Shown here piece after piece: positions 38,601-51,359 of a stretch of DNA of 64,000 bases. Below the pieces are notes generated by a model. The model had not been told where the DNA came from, searched no databases, and saw only the letters and a list, made by a program, of their open reading frames with translations. The DNA comes from Felis catus (taxonomy: Eukaryota): the NCBI RefSeq assembly GCF_018350175.1, contig NC_058368.1:91390001-91454000 (forward strand), written 5' to 3'. The translations under genes were made by a program, and so were the position numbers. Each line of letters opens with the position of its first letter. The stretch's first letter is position 1.

Positions 38601-40047
38601 GCACTTTATATGACTAGGCTGAGCCTGGAACTTCAATAATTTGAATGTCAAAGCCTACTGTACCTAACACAAGGGATGCCTTTGCTGCTTCTAGTCCCCA
38701 TATCTGATGGAATGAAAGAAGCTGTGTAATAGAGAAAAGGGACATCTGGTTGTGTATTTTATCTGGGGCTCAGGAGGAACACAGACAGAGACCTTGGGCA
38801 GGGAGAAAACTCAGCTTCCTGCTGCTTTGGGACCCGTCATTCTCTCTCTCCTCCATTGCTCTTCCTGCATGGAGACTCCATCCCCATGATGGCAGCTTTC
38901 AGACCAGAGAATTGGAAACCTGCCTTCAGCCTTTCCTGCCTGATGGATCAGATGTCTTTCCTGTCAGGTTCCTGAGCCTCACTCCCTCCATTCAATGTGC
39001 AGCTGCTGCTTCTCACCCAAGTAGACACTTTTTTGCATTACAATAAAAGTACCCAGCATAGTTTTCTAAATTTTCTTAAGACATGTTCTCCACATTTCCT
39101 CAAACATGTTGACAAAGTCAAAGTCAATCTACTCAAAAGGATATGTATTCAAAGTTTTGTCTTGAACAATTTGTCAGGTACAAACATATACCTGTATGTA
39201 TACATCTCTCATTTCACATTCCTAACAATGCCTAGTTAAGGCACAACAGGAATGAAGGTATTTGCAGATAATTGATCTCCCATGGAAAATACTAGCTTAG
39301 TGAGAATTCTGTTGCCTGATGGGTCACAGAGGGCACCCATCACCTCACCCCAGGGGCAGAGATGAACATTCCCATCTGGTGCTGGGGTTGACTGAGAACT
39401 TCTGACCTGTTAAAAACCAGGCCAAGGGTCATACTAGGATTGCTGCGCTGGGCAGTGCACCACATGTCAGTCATTGACAGCCTTGGGTACATGCACATCT
39501 GACCGGGACTGGATCACGGCCACCCTGATCAGGGGCCTTCCCCCCTGCCCCCCAGAAACAAGCTCCTGTGTCCATTTATCAGTGTTAGGTGGGTTGGTCT
39601 GAACACCAAGGACAAGACAAGCAAGGTTGCCAGTGAGGATGTTACTGCTGGTGTCCATGGGAAAAGCCCAACTTGATGCCACAACTAGTTGAATTCCAGA
39701 GTGAAGAACCATCAGCTAATTTCACGTTTATGTACAGACTGGTGTTTCTGTACTTCACACTAGCCTGGAAACCCTCAGCAAGGAAAAAAGAATTCTGCAA
39801 TCAGGGGTGTGCATTTGTAAGAATTACCCAAACTTTTGTTTTCAAGGTGGGGCATGTGGCCCAACGTTGTTCTACGATCTCTGTCCACATTGCGATCAGG
39901 CACACACGCTCCTGGGGACCAAACCAAGCACTAGTTTAGCTGTGATTACAGAGATGGACTCCAAGTCCTAAGTCCTCGAATTAACCACAGTCTTTGTGGA
40001 CTGGCCTGTCTCAACTAGAAAGACAGAAACTCTCCTCCTTTGTGCTT

Positions 40048-41425
40048 TTTAAAAATCACAAGAGATCTCACTGGGTCCATCCATAATTGACCAAAAAAGG
40101 GGGAGTTTTCTAACCCTATTAGAGGAAATTCTGGCCAGAGGCAGAGGATATACACAAACTTTGACAACACCTTCAAAATAGGTGCTTGTTTGGTCAAATC
40201 TACATCTGGAATTTCAGCCTGATTAGGGAATTGTTTCATTGAAAGATAGTTGACCTGGGACTTTGGAAACCCCATCTTCTCTAGTCCACAGCTATCCTCT
40301 CCCACGATTCTACTCACAAGTGCAGTTGTGTGATGGCTGAAGAGAACAAAAGCCTAAAACTTGGATGAATCAACTGGGACAGTGGCCTGGTTGGCCTTGA
40401 CTATCTACAGGCAGCCCTTGGAATCCACCAGAACATATTCCTCAGCTCAGGACACAGTCTCAGCAGACAGTAAAGGAGGCGTAAAGTAAAGGCTACTTCC
40501 TAGGACCTCTGAACTCAGCCTCATACAAACAGCCTCCCGTGGAACAGGAACAGGAACGTGGACACCCCCACCCTTCAACACCATGACTGGGGGTTGAGGA
40601 ACCGACATTGGGAGAGTTGGGCAAGTGGATCCAGAACCTCACTAACCCTGGACTCAGGTGGAATCTCTCTGGTCCATCTTCAAGATCTGTCATCAGAAAT
40701 CCCACTACATCCCAGAGCTCTGTCACACACCCAGAAGGCCATCAGCAGACAAATGACCAAATGCTGACTAAGTCTTTGCAGATTAACACCTCATTGCAAA
40801 GCAGGAAAAAACTCATGAATCTGTGTCACCTGCAGTGTATTCGTGTGGGATTCCAACTTTGAAAACAGCTGCCTTTGCCAAGTTCCCAAAGCCACTGGGG
40901 TGGGTCACATCTCCTGTGGATACAAGGGCTGCTCTGGCTGAGGGCAGTCTCATCTTGACTGCTACTTCACTCAGGAGCCTGAACTTTAAATATGACCAGG
41001 GACCCTTAGAGGCTCAGGGAGCACAGGAAGTGATGTGTGGCAAGGACCTCCAGGACCTAGCCAAGCAGCCAGGGCCCAAGTCTTCCCTGGTCACCTGCAA
41101 GACCATCACCTGAACTTCACCAAGAGATGACCCCATCTCTCCCCAGGAGCAGGACTAGACTTCCATTAACTCTGAACCAGCTCTAGAGGCTTTGTGATTC
41201 TCAGAATACTGATCCCAATTGCATTGGGGTGACAAGGTGTTAGCACAGTCCATTGTAACAATGAAACCTTTCCTTCCCCAAGGCTAAGGTCAAGAAGTAG
41301 AATTGAGATGGAAACAGACAACATTTATTATCCTCTTCTCCTTGGTGGCCATTATTGGAGAGAGAATTGGAAGCCAAGGAGCTGGAAAGGGACTCAGCTT
41401 CCTAGGGCCTTGAGATGGCCACCCT
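40048..41425 (+). pseudogene. 5'-deleted SPATA31-like large-exon fragment (type 2 unit)
   Basis: Same junction and homology as 22445-23810. Confidence 0.6.
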
Positions 41426-41830
41426 TCTTTGGCTGCTATCTCATTCATTCTTAGTGTCAGGCTCATGAATCTTCAAAGGGTAACTTGCACATTCTGAGAG
41501 GATAGCTCTTCCATCCTGCCTTCTGCGTTTTCCAGCAGGACAGCATCATCCATTCATTTACCAGTACTGCACCTCACCCTCTCATTGACATTGAGCTGAA
41601 GCTCCTTAAGTAATCTGTCTTATAAGAATATTTCTGTGTTGTATATGCGCACCTGTATCCTTGATGTTTCAGGGTCACGCTTTCTCCAATTTCTGGTGAG
41701 AAGTCAGTGAGTTTTTTTCTCCAAAATTTAGATCCCAACTTACCCTAGTCTTTCTCTTGAAAATTTGCTATTATTAAATAATCCATCACTCTATTACTAA
41801 GATCAAGATCACTAGGGTTCAGTCTTTTGA

Positions 41831-42156
41831 CAATGTTCCAGAGGATCTTAAAGTCTCCAGATCTGGTTCAGAGTTAATGAAGGACCTATCTAGATCCCAT
41901 GGAGAAATGGGACCTTCTCTTGCGTGAAGTTGAGATGGGCTTGAAGGTGACAGGGCCCTAGGTGCCTGGCCAGGTCCTGGAGGTCCTCACCACACATCAC
42001 TTTTGGGGGCGCCTTAACCTCTCAGGCATCCTGGCCATGTTTAAAGTTCATGCTCCAGAGCATATAGCAATCAAGGTCAGAGTGCCCTCAGCCAAAGCAT
42101 CCCCTGTAACCCCCTGGCCTTCAGTTCATGAATTTGACCTATCCCGCTGGCTTTGG
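41831..42156 (-). repeat. Inverted copy of part of the pseudo-exon module
   Basis: The reverse complement aligns to ~62282-62609 (e.g. caatgttccagaggatcttaaagtctccagatctgg versus ccagatctggagattttaagatcctctgaacattg) and to ~40885-41220. Confidence 0.92.
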
Positions 42157-43821
42157 TTTACTTCTAATGTTGAAACAAATTTAGTTCGTGTCCTGTATGT
42201 GTGATAGCTGAGTGTAACATTTCTGCTTAAGTTGAGGCTATGAGTAAGGGACGAAGGGAATTCAGGAATTGTTCCCTAGGAGATGGTGCTGTGGGGTTCT
42301 TACAGGTGATCTACATGAACATCCTAAGGTCCCCAATGGAACCCATGAAACCTCAGCTGTCCATGCTATCTCTACATCTGTTTCCTGTCTCCTCCTGAGA
42401 AGACTGCCTCCAGAGGCAGTGAGCCACCTCTTATGACTGAAGTTTAAGACAGATTGAACATCAAAGCCTATTATACCTGACACAAGGGATGCCATGCCTT
42501 AGCTGCTCCTGTGTAATGGAATGAGAAGACCTCTAGTTCTGTCTTGTCCCTGGGGTTCAGGTGGAACACAGAGACCAAGTGCAGGAAGAAAACTTGGCTT
42601 CCTGCTGCCTTGGGATCCATCATTCTTCTCTTCTTCCACTCTTCTTCCTGCACAGAGACTCCTTCCCCATCATGGCAGCTTTCAGATCATAGAGGAGGGA
42701 GTTGGAATCCTGCCTTTAGCCTTTCCTGCCTGTAGGACCAGATGGCTGTTCTGTCAGGTTCCTGGGCCTTATTCCCTCCATTTAGTGTACAGCTGCTGCT
42801 TCTCACTTTTTGCATTTCAAGTACTGAGCATAGTTTTCTAGATACTCATATTAACATATGTGTTTATTTGTACAATAGCTTTTAGACCTCTTTCTCCGCA
42901 TCTCCTGGGACAACTTCAAATGGACACACATTCTTTTGAGTCAAGCTTGGTCTTCAATTTCTCAGTTACAAACATCTACATTTATGTACATACACCTTAT
43001 TTCTTTTTCCTAACAATACCTAAAGTAATACTAAACAATCCGGAGGAAACTATGTGCAAAAAATTCCTTTCCCACAGAGAATAGAAGATTGATGAGAATT
43101 CAGTTGCCTGATGGGTCATAGAGGGCACCCATCATCTCACCCCTGGGGCAGAAATGAACATTTGAATCCAGAGCAGGGGTTGATTAACAACTTCTGACCT
43201 GCATGTTAGATCCCAGTCTGGGGGTCACACTAGGATCTGCTGCCCTGAGCAGTGCACCGCTCATCAGTGACTGACAGCCTTGGGTACTGGCACACAACCA
43301 CCCTGATCAGAGGCTTCCCCCCAGAGGCAAGCCCGTATGTTGTCCAGTTACCCACATAAGGACTGGTCTAACACCAAGGACAAGACATCCAAGGTTGCCA
43401 GTAAGGATGCTACTGATGGTACCCATGGGAAAAGCTCTTAACACCAGAACTATTATAATTCCAGAGTGAAGAACCATCAGTTAGTTTAAGAGTTCTATAC
43501 AGGCTGGTGTTTCTGCACTTCCCACTAGCCTGGAACCCTCATCAAGGTAAAGATGATTCTGAAATCAGGGGTATGCATTTATGACAATGCCCTAAACTTT
43601 CATTCTCTAGCTGGGGGTATGGGGCCCAACAATGTTCCACGATCTCTGCCCACATTGTGATCAGGCACACACTCTCCCAGGGACCAAATCAAACACTAGC
43701 TTAGGGGCCCCTGTGATTACAGAGATTCACACTCCAAGTCCCATGTCCTTGAATTAACCAGTCTTGTGGATTGGGCTGACTTAATCAGGTGGGCAAGAGA
43801 GAAGTTCCCCTCCTTTGTAGT

Positions 43822-45215
43822 TTTAAAAACCACCAGAGATCTCACCAGGTTCATCCATACTTGATCATGGGTGAGCTATCTATCCCCATTAGAGAAAATT
43901 CTGGCCAGAAGCAGAGGATATACACAAACTTTGACAACACCTTCAATATGTGCTTCTTTAGTCAGGTCTATAGACCTGGAATTTCAATCTGGTTTGAGAA
44001 TTGTTTCATTGAAAGATAGTGGACCATGTGACTCTGGAAACCCTCCCTAGACCACAGCACCCCCTCTCCCAGGATTCCCCTCACAGCCCAACTCAGGTGC
44101 AGGCATGTGACAATGGAATAAGAAAACAAAGGTCCCAAACCTGGATGAACTGTCTGGGACAGGGGCCTGGTTGGCCTTGACTATCTACAGGCAGCCCTTG
44201 GAATCCACCAGGACACATCCCTCAACTCAGGACACAGTTCCAGCTGAGAGGAAGGGAGGCTGAAAGTTAGCTGCATCCTGGGATCTATGGAAGTAGCCCC
44301 ATACAAGCAGTCTCCCCGTGGAACATGAGGAACAACATGGACACACCCCCTCCCACACCATGACTGGGGGTTGAGGAACCAACATTGGGAGAGTTGGGCA
44401 AGTGGATCCAGAACCTCACTAACCCTGGACTCAGGTGGAATCTCTCTGGTCCATCTTCAAGATCTGTCATCAGAAATCCCACTACATCCCAGAGCTCTGT
44501 CACACACCCAGAAGGCCATCAGCAGACAAATGACCAAATGCTGACTAAGTCTTTGCAGATTAACACCTCATTGCAAAGCAGGAAAAAACTCATGAATCTG
44601 TGTCACCTGCAGTGTATTCGTGTGGGATTCCAACTTTGAAAACAGCTGCCTTTGCCAAGTTCCCAAAGCCACTGGGGTGGGTCACATCTCCTGTGGATAC
44701 AAGGGCTGCTCTGGCTGAGGGCAGTCTCATCTTGACTGCTACTTCACTCAGGAGCCTGAACTTTAAATATGACCAGGGACCCTTAGAGGCTCAGGGAGCA
44801 CAGGAAGTGATGTGTGGCAAGGACCTCCAGGACCTAGCCAAGCAGCCAGGGCCCAAGTCTTCCCTGGTCACCTGCAAGACCATCACCTGAACTTCACCAA
44901 GAGATGCCCCCATCTCTCCTCATGGACTAGACCTCCATTAACTCTGAACCAGCTCTAGAGGCTTTGTGATTCTCAGAATACTGATCCCAATTGCATTGGG
45001 GTGACAAGGTGTTAGCACAGTGCCCTGTAACCATGAAATAGATGCTACAGGAAGCATCCCTTCCTTCCCCAGGCCAATGTCATGAAATAGAATTGAGATG
45101 GTAACAGACAACATTTATCTCCTTCTCCTTGGTGGCCATGATTGGCCAGAGAATAGGAAGCCAAGGAGCTGGGAGGGGACTCAGCTTCCTAGGGCCTTGA
45201 GATGGACACCCTTCT
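43822..45215 (+). pseudogene. 5'-deleted SPATA31-like large-exon fragment (type 2 unit)
   Basis: Same junction. The frame at 43789 reads GELSIPIRENSG..TNFDNTFNMCFFSQVYRPGISI (cf. RNLRKPLRSDSG..THIENILKAH..GQ.NEGLIPV). Confidence 0.6.
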
Positions 45216-48200
45216 TTGGTTGTTATCTCATTAATTCTTAGTGTTCAGAGGCTCATGGACTTCCAAGGGGTAACTTGTACATTCCAAGAGGATAGCTCTT
45301 CCATCCCACCTTCTGCATTTTCCAGCAGGGCAGCAACCACCATTCATTTACTAGTACCGTACCTCATTCTCTCATTAACACTGAGCTGAGGTCTCTTAAA
45401 TAATCTGTCTCATTGGACTATTTCAGTGTTGTGTATACACAACTGTATATAGGATATGTTGAGGTCACGCTGCGTCTTGCACGTGTTTCTCCAATTTCTG
45501 CTGGAAAGTGGAGGAGTTTTTTCTCCCAATTTAGATCCCAACTTACCCAAACCTTTCTCTTGAAAAGCTGCCATTATTAAACAGTTCATCACTAGTAAAG
45601 TCAAAAGACTGAATCCTAGTGATTTTGACAAATATTCCCTTCCTATGCACAACATAAACTGCAGGAGAACTGAGCTGGCTTAGTGATCACTAGAGGACAC
45701 CTGTGAATGGCCAGCATCCAAAAAGGAACATCTTCAAAGACTTGGACCTTGTCTTGTGTGTCAAAGCCCAGAGGGACTCTGTTAGGACCTGTGGAGTAGG
45801 AAATCCCCCCACAGGTGAACCAGCAATCAGCATGGGCTCAGACATATGTGCAAGGATTGGAGTCCAGTCACTGTCTCTGAGCTTACCCCTGGAAGCATCT
45901 CCGAGCAAGTGGAGGCATTGCTAGTTCAACCCAACTAGTCCTGGGCTCCAGGTCCCTGCCCTGCCAAACCATTCAAAAATCTTCCTCCAGGGCACAGAAA
46001 GGAAGCATCAGTTCCAGGTGCACCAGGATCTGGATGCCCCAACCTTGGCTGTTATATGGGTCTCATAACTACTGTGGCTGTAGGCTGGACCCCTCCCCAA
46101 GCCATAGGATTCCAGACACAACTCATTGCCTACAAATTTCCTGAAGCATTTGAGGAGCAAGGGCTGGTTCACACTTAAAGGACCCAGCACTCAGGGCTAC
46201 CTGGTTCCCATACCTTCCCTAACACTTGCCAGCCACCACCAAGGGATACCTGGGACACCAAAGTGCTGGAGGGTCTACAGTGGGGGAGGCAAGGCTGCCT
46301 CAATGGGAGGGCTCGCCCTGAGCACAGTCATGGTCACTGTGTGTGTCTGAGCCCCCTGTCCCCAGTCCCAGTCTTAGTGACTTGTCAGCTTCTCATCATA
46401 CACTGATGTTAAAATGGTCTCAAACATTCTTCCAGTCAGGTTTTCTCTCCCTGTTCAGTTGTCCCCCTGACCTAAGGTCTGGGTTGAAATAGAAATTTTC
46501 CTTATGCCATTAAGGAATCTACAATACTCCATCTTCAAAAATGCCTCCAAGTTATTTGGATCACACTTCAGCCACTCTCCTGGGCTCACCTAGACACCCA
46601 CAGTTCTGACCTATGAAACCCTTCCTCCAGGAAAACCTAATGTGTTCCTTGTCTTCAAGTACTTGGCCTGTAAGATACTAACACAGTGCTCCTTGCATTC
46701 AAGTTTTCAGCCAAAAATTTAAGTGTACTTACACAGAAATATGTCCATTTCAAGTTGCCATTCCAGATGGTTTTACACTTAAGAGAAACCATTTCTGGTA
46801 CAGTGAGGATTTGCCATAAGCTTTAAGGTGGAACAAGAGCATTTCCTCACATGTTCTCAAGACAGACAGCCCTGCTAACATTTGAAGTTATTTCAACTGC
46901 AATATCCCTCCAGAGTCCATCTCAGGAAGAATTGTAGGTCAGGCTCTTGTTGTACTCTGTGAGCTGATGTTCATAAAGCTCTCTTCATTCTCCCAGGGAG
47001 AAACCTGAAATATTTGGACTCTCGGGTTTGAGCTTCTGCACCCAGAGCTCACATTAGAAGGACACGGGTCCTTTAGAACTGGCTATTTGGGCTCTGCCTG
47101 GATCATCACATCAGACTCACTGAAGGACCATCATCAGCACTTAGGAAACCCTCTCCAGGTAGTTCTAATTGACAGCCTCAGTGTGAGTCGCTAAAATCCC
47201 TGCCCCTCCAGCACAGTGAGGTAAGGAAAGCCAAGGGGGCCCCTGGTCTCAGGTACAGCTGATGACAGCATACATGCTATTCCTCTGTAGGAGTAGAGCT
47301 CTACCCAGGCTGCAGGCTGAAGTTTCCCACAGACTTCAAAAATCTAAATCCTTGAGACTTCTGTACATTTGGGCTGAGGGCCAAACACGGAAAGTGACCT
47401 TTGAAAAGAGGAAATCTGCTGCCTCAGGACTGGCAAGGGGTCTGCAGCTGAATTCACTTGCACACACAATCCATGATCTCACTGACCTTGGACAGCAGGG
47501 GGGGCGAGGGGGACTTGACCAAGAACTTACACTGGAATTAGTATACTAAGTGTTGGCTGAGGTCAAGAACAGACTAAGAGGACAGTACTTATGATGAGTG
47601 CACTCTCTGGGAGGCCTTTATGCACAAGACAATGGACACCTCAGTCAGGGGTAGGTGTCAGCTTGCTGACTAGTCCTGGAGGGTGACTGTGTTGAGTAAC
47701 ACAGAAGGAGCCTAGCTCACAAAAGGATGCTGCTCAATGTACTCAGGATGGTGCAGAAGATCAGTGTGGCAGGAGCACAGATAATCGAGGAAATTCAAAA
47801 ACTTATCGAGTAGACAGACATGGAAAAGAGAAATCACTGCCCTGAGTAGCCTAACAAGAGAGGCTTGTTCTGCACACGAGGGACAGTGAGAGAAAGTTCC
47901 CCATCATAACGCTATGTCTGATGACCTTGAAAGTGATCTTCCATGCCTGGACTTTTTACTTCTAGTGTGAAAAGAAGGTCTAGTTCACGCCCCTTATGTG
48001 TGATGGTGGGTTTCAAGATTTCTGCTTAAGTTGAAACTGAGTGAAGGATAAAGGGAACTCAGGAATTGCTGGAGATGCTGTAAAGTCCTGACATGTGATC
48101 TACATGAACATCCTAAGATCCCTGACTGGACTTCTATAGCCTCAGCTGTCCATGGCATCCTCACACCCAATTCTGGTCTTTCCTCAGCATACCCCACCCC

Positions 48201-50334
48201 AGAGGCAGGGAGCCACCACTGAGGACTAAGAGTCTTGCTTGAACTTGAACAACTTGAAGGTCAAAGCCTACTGCACCTGACACAAAGGATGCCATGGCTT
48301 CTGGTCCCCATACCCAATGGAATGAAAAGCTGCATAGTTGAGTAAGAGAACATCTAGTTCTGTCTTGTGCCTGGGGCTCAAGTAAAACAGAGACCAAGGG
48401 CAGGGAGAAAACTCAGCCTCCTGGTGGCTTGGGACCCATTATTCTCCTCCCTCTCTTCCATTGCTTTTCTTCCACAGAGACTCCTTCCCCATCATGTCAG
48501 CTTTCAGATCAAGGATAGTTGGAAACCTGCCTTCAGCCTTTCCTGCCTGTGGGACCAGATGGTTGTTCTGTCCAGTTCCTGGGCCTCATTCCTTCCATTT
48601 ATTGTGCAGCTGCTGATTCTCACCCCAGTAGACACTTTTTCACATTCCAAAGTACCTAGCATAGTTTTCTAAATTTTCCTATTTTAAAAGACCCGTTCTC
48701 CACATTTCCTCACACATGTTGATCCAAGTGAATCTACTCAAGAGGATATGTATTCAAAGTTTTGTCTTGAACAATCTGTCAGGTATGAACACGTACATTT
48801 ATATATACACCACTCATTTCACATTCCTAACAATACCTAGTTAAGGCACAACAGGAATGAAGGTATTTGCAGATAATTGATCTCCCATGGAAAATATTAG
48901 CTTAGTGAGAATTCTGTTGCCTGATGGGTCACAGAGGGCACCCATCACCTCACCCCAGGGGCAGAGATGAACATTCCCATCTGGTGCTGGGGTTGACTGA
49001 GAACTTCTGACCTGTTAAAAACCAGGCCAAGGGTCATACTAGGATTGCTGCGCTGGGCAGTGCACCACATGTCAGTCATTGACAGCCTTGGGTACATGCA
49101 CATCTGACCGGGACTGGATCACGACCACCCTGATCAGGGGCCTTCCCCCCCGCCCCCCAGAAACAAGCTCCTGTGTCCATTTATCAGTGTTAGGTGGGTT
49201 GGTCTGAACACCAAGGACAAGACAAGCAAGGTTGCCAGTGAGGATGTTACTGCTGGTGTCCATGGGAAAAGCCCAACTTGATGCCACAACTAGTTGAATT
49301 CCAGAGTGAAGAACCATCAGCTAATTTCACGTTTATGTACAGACTGGTGTTTCTGTACTTCACACTAGCCTGGAAACCCTCAGCAAGGAAAAAAGAATTC
49401 TGCAATCAGGGGTGTGCATTTGTGAGAATTATCCAAACTGATTCTCTAGGTGGGGGCATGGGGCCCAATGAGGCTCCACCATCTCTGTCCACATTGTGAT
49501 CAGGCACACCCTCTCCCCGGGACCAAATAAAATGCTAGTTTAGGGCACTTGTGATTAAAAGATACACTCCAGGTCATAAGTCCTTCAATTAACCAGTCTT
49601 TGGGGATTGGGCCGACTCATTCAGTTGGGGGAGATGGTTCTCCTTTGTAGTGCAAGATGCCAGGACTCAGGAGAACATAAGATGATCCCAGATCGGAGCA
49701 CGTAGGAGTGCTGAGATTCCTCTTAGACCTTCTCACTGGAGTGGAGGTCCTGATGACCAGGGCTCACTCCCCGAGTGTGGCACTGGTTTTGGAGGGAATC
49801 CTCTTACTGTGAGCTTCCTGGCCACTCTGTGTACAGAATGGGTCTACTAAATCACATCCAAGCCCTTTAGTAGTGGCTAAACCTCCATTTGCATCAGAGA
49901 CAGCCGGACACCAAGGGAACAAACACGTTTCTATACTGGGGACCTCCTGACTCCCAAACTTCCAGCTGGACAGTGAAGTGCATGCCAGCTGAGTTCAGAG
50001 GCAGCCTAGTTGCTGCAAGGAGATAGATCACAGGGAAACTCAGGAAGGAAAAAGGCATGTTCAAGAAGGCAGCTTCCTGTGTGTTGATGGGAAGTAGATG
50101 GTCTTTCGTTTCATTACACAAGAATTTTCCCAACTGAGAATTACATGCCATGCTCTGTTCTCTGTATTTCACAAATACGGAGGTTTTTGATCCTTAAGAC
50201 ATGCCTGGTGGACGGTGCTATTATGCAATGTCACAGCAGCGTGGTAGCCTCCTTGACCCAGCTGCACTTCTCAAAGCTGGGAATAGAGTCACACAAAGCT
50301 GCTACATGCTGCTTCTGAAACCTTCCTGGGCTGG

Positions 50335-50740
50335 TGATGCAGGAGAGAAGCATCAAAGGAAAAGACTTCAAAAGGGAAGGGCTGGATAAGGTGCAAGGCC
50401 TTAGGACATGTTTACACAGCTGAACACAGCTGTGGCTCACTCATAAGGAACGCCTAGAGCCATTAACATTGTCCAGGGCTGGATCCTCCTTCACACCTGA
50501 CCCTTCCTAGTGGTATAGGAACCAATTAACTCAAAATTCAACCTTGAAAAGCTAAACCATTAGACTGATTAACACACTTGCTTACCTGACTTTATGCACA
50601 TAGTCTTTAGCAATTATCCTAATAAAAAGAAGCTTCATTCTGGAGCCGGGGCCTCATTCCAATTCATATGAGGACCTTTACTTAACTGCACTTTGTTTGC
50701 AGACTCATCTTTTGCGACTCTGGCCATACTCCCTGCAACA
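50335..50740 (+). mobile_element. Solo LTR with 6-bp TSD
   Basis: tgatgcagg ... cctgcaaca inverted termini, 406 bp, aataaa at 50621, TSD ggctgg at 50329-50334 and 50741-50746. The empty site is visible at ~3111 and ~27890. Confidence 0.9.
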
Positions 50741-50992
50741 GGCTGGTCCTGCAACATTCCTAATGTTAAGGGGACTGTGTGTCTGCTCTGGTCTGTGGAC
50801 TCCCTCACTATTCTGCATTTCCACCATTCCATTTAGGTCCTGATGTTCTTGTCCTACCTCCTGTACTCATGCTTTCCCTACATGCTTGACCACAACAGTC
50901 TGTTTACCAGAAAGGCTTTCAAGTCCTTCCCTACTGATTCTACCCGCTGTCATTTCCCACTGTTGGCTTCTAGTGGGTAGTGTGCCTGATGC

Positions 50993-51359
50993 TTTTATTT
51001 TTATTTTTTAATGTTTATTTTCGAGAGAGGGAGCGAGAGAGGGAGCGAGAGAGGGAGCGAGAGAGGGAGCGAGAGAGGGAGCGAGAGAGGGAGCGAGAGA
51101 GGGAGCGAGAGAGGGAGCGAGAGAGGGAGCGAGAGAGGGAGCGAGAGAGGGAGCGAGAGAGGGAGCGAGAGAGGGAGCGAGAGAGGGAGCGAGAGAGGGA
51201 GCGAGAGAGGGAGCGAGAGAGGGAGCCACAGAATGCGAAGCAGGCTCCAGGCTCTGAGCCATCAGCACAGAGCCTGACGCGGGGCTCAAACCCACACACC
51301 ATGAGATCATGACCGGAGTTGAAGTCAGACACTCAACTGACTGAGCCACCCTAGCACCC
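50993..51359 (-). mobile_element. SINEC_Fc-type SINE, antisense, with an expanded internal repeat
   Basis: T-rich tail, then gaagcaggctccaggctctgagc...gagatcatgacc...ctgagccacc; decayed TSD cctg(a/c)tg(c/a)tttt. Confidence 0.95.
51022..51225. repeat. (CGAGAGAGGGAG)17 perfect 12-mer minisatellite
   Basis: 204 bp, 17 exact copies, in place of the SINE (CT)n region. Confidence 0.97.

Noticed and set aside
46801..46853. Recurrent gtgagga...tcctcac stem in the anchor module as a pre-miRNA
   Set aside because: Only about 12 bp with mismatches and a large loop; too weak for a Drosha substrate.
50980..51349. ORFs with RE/GSER/SLAP repeats
   Set aside because: Artefacts of the 12-mer minisatellite within a SINE.
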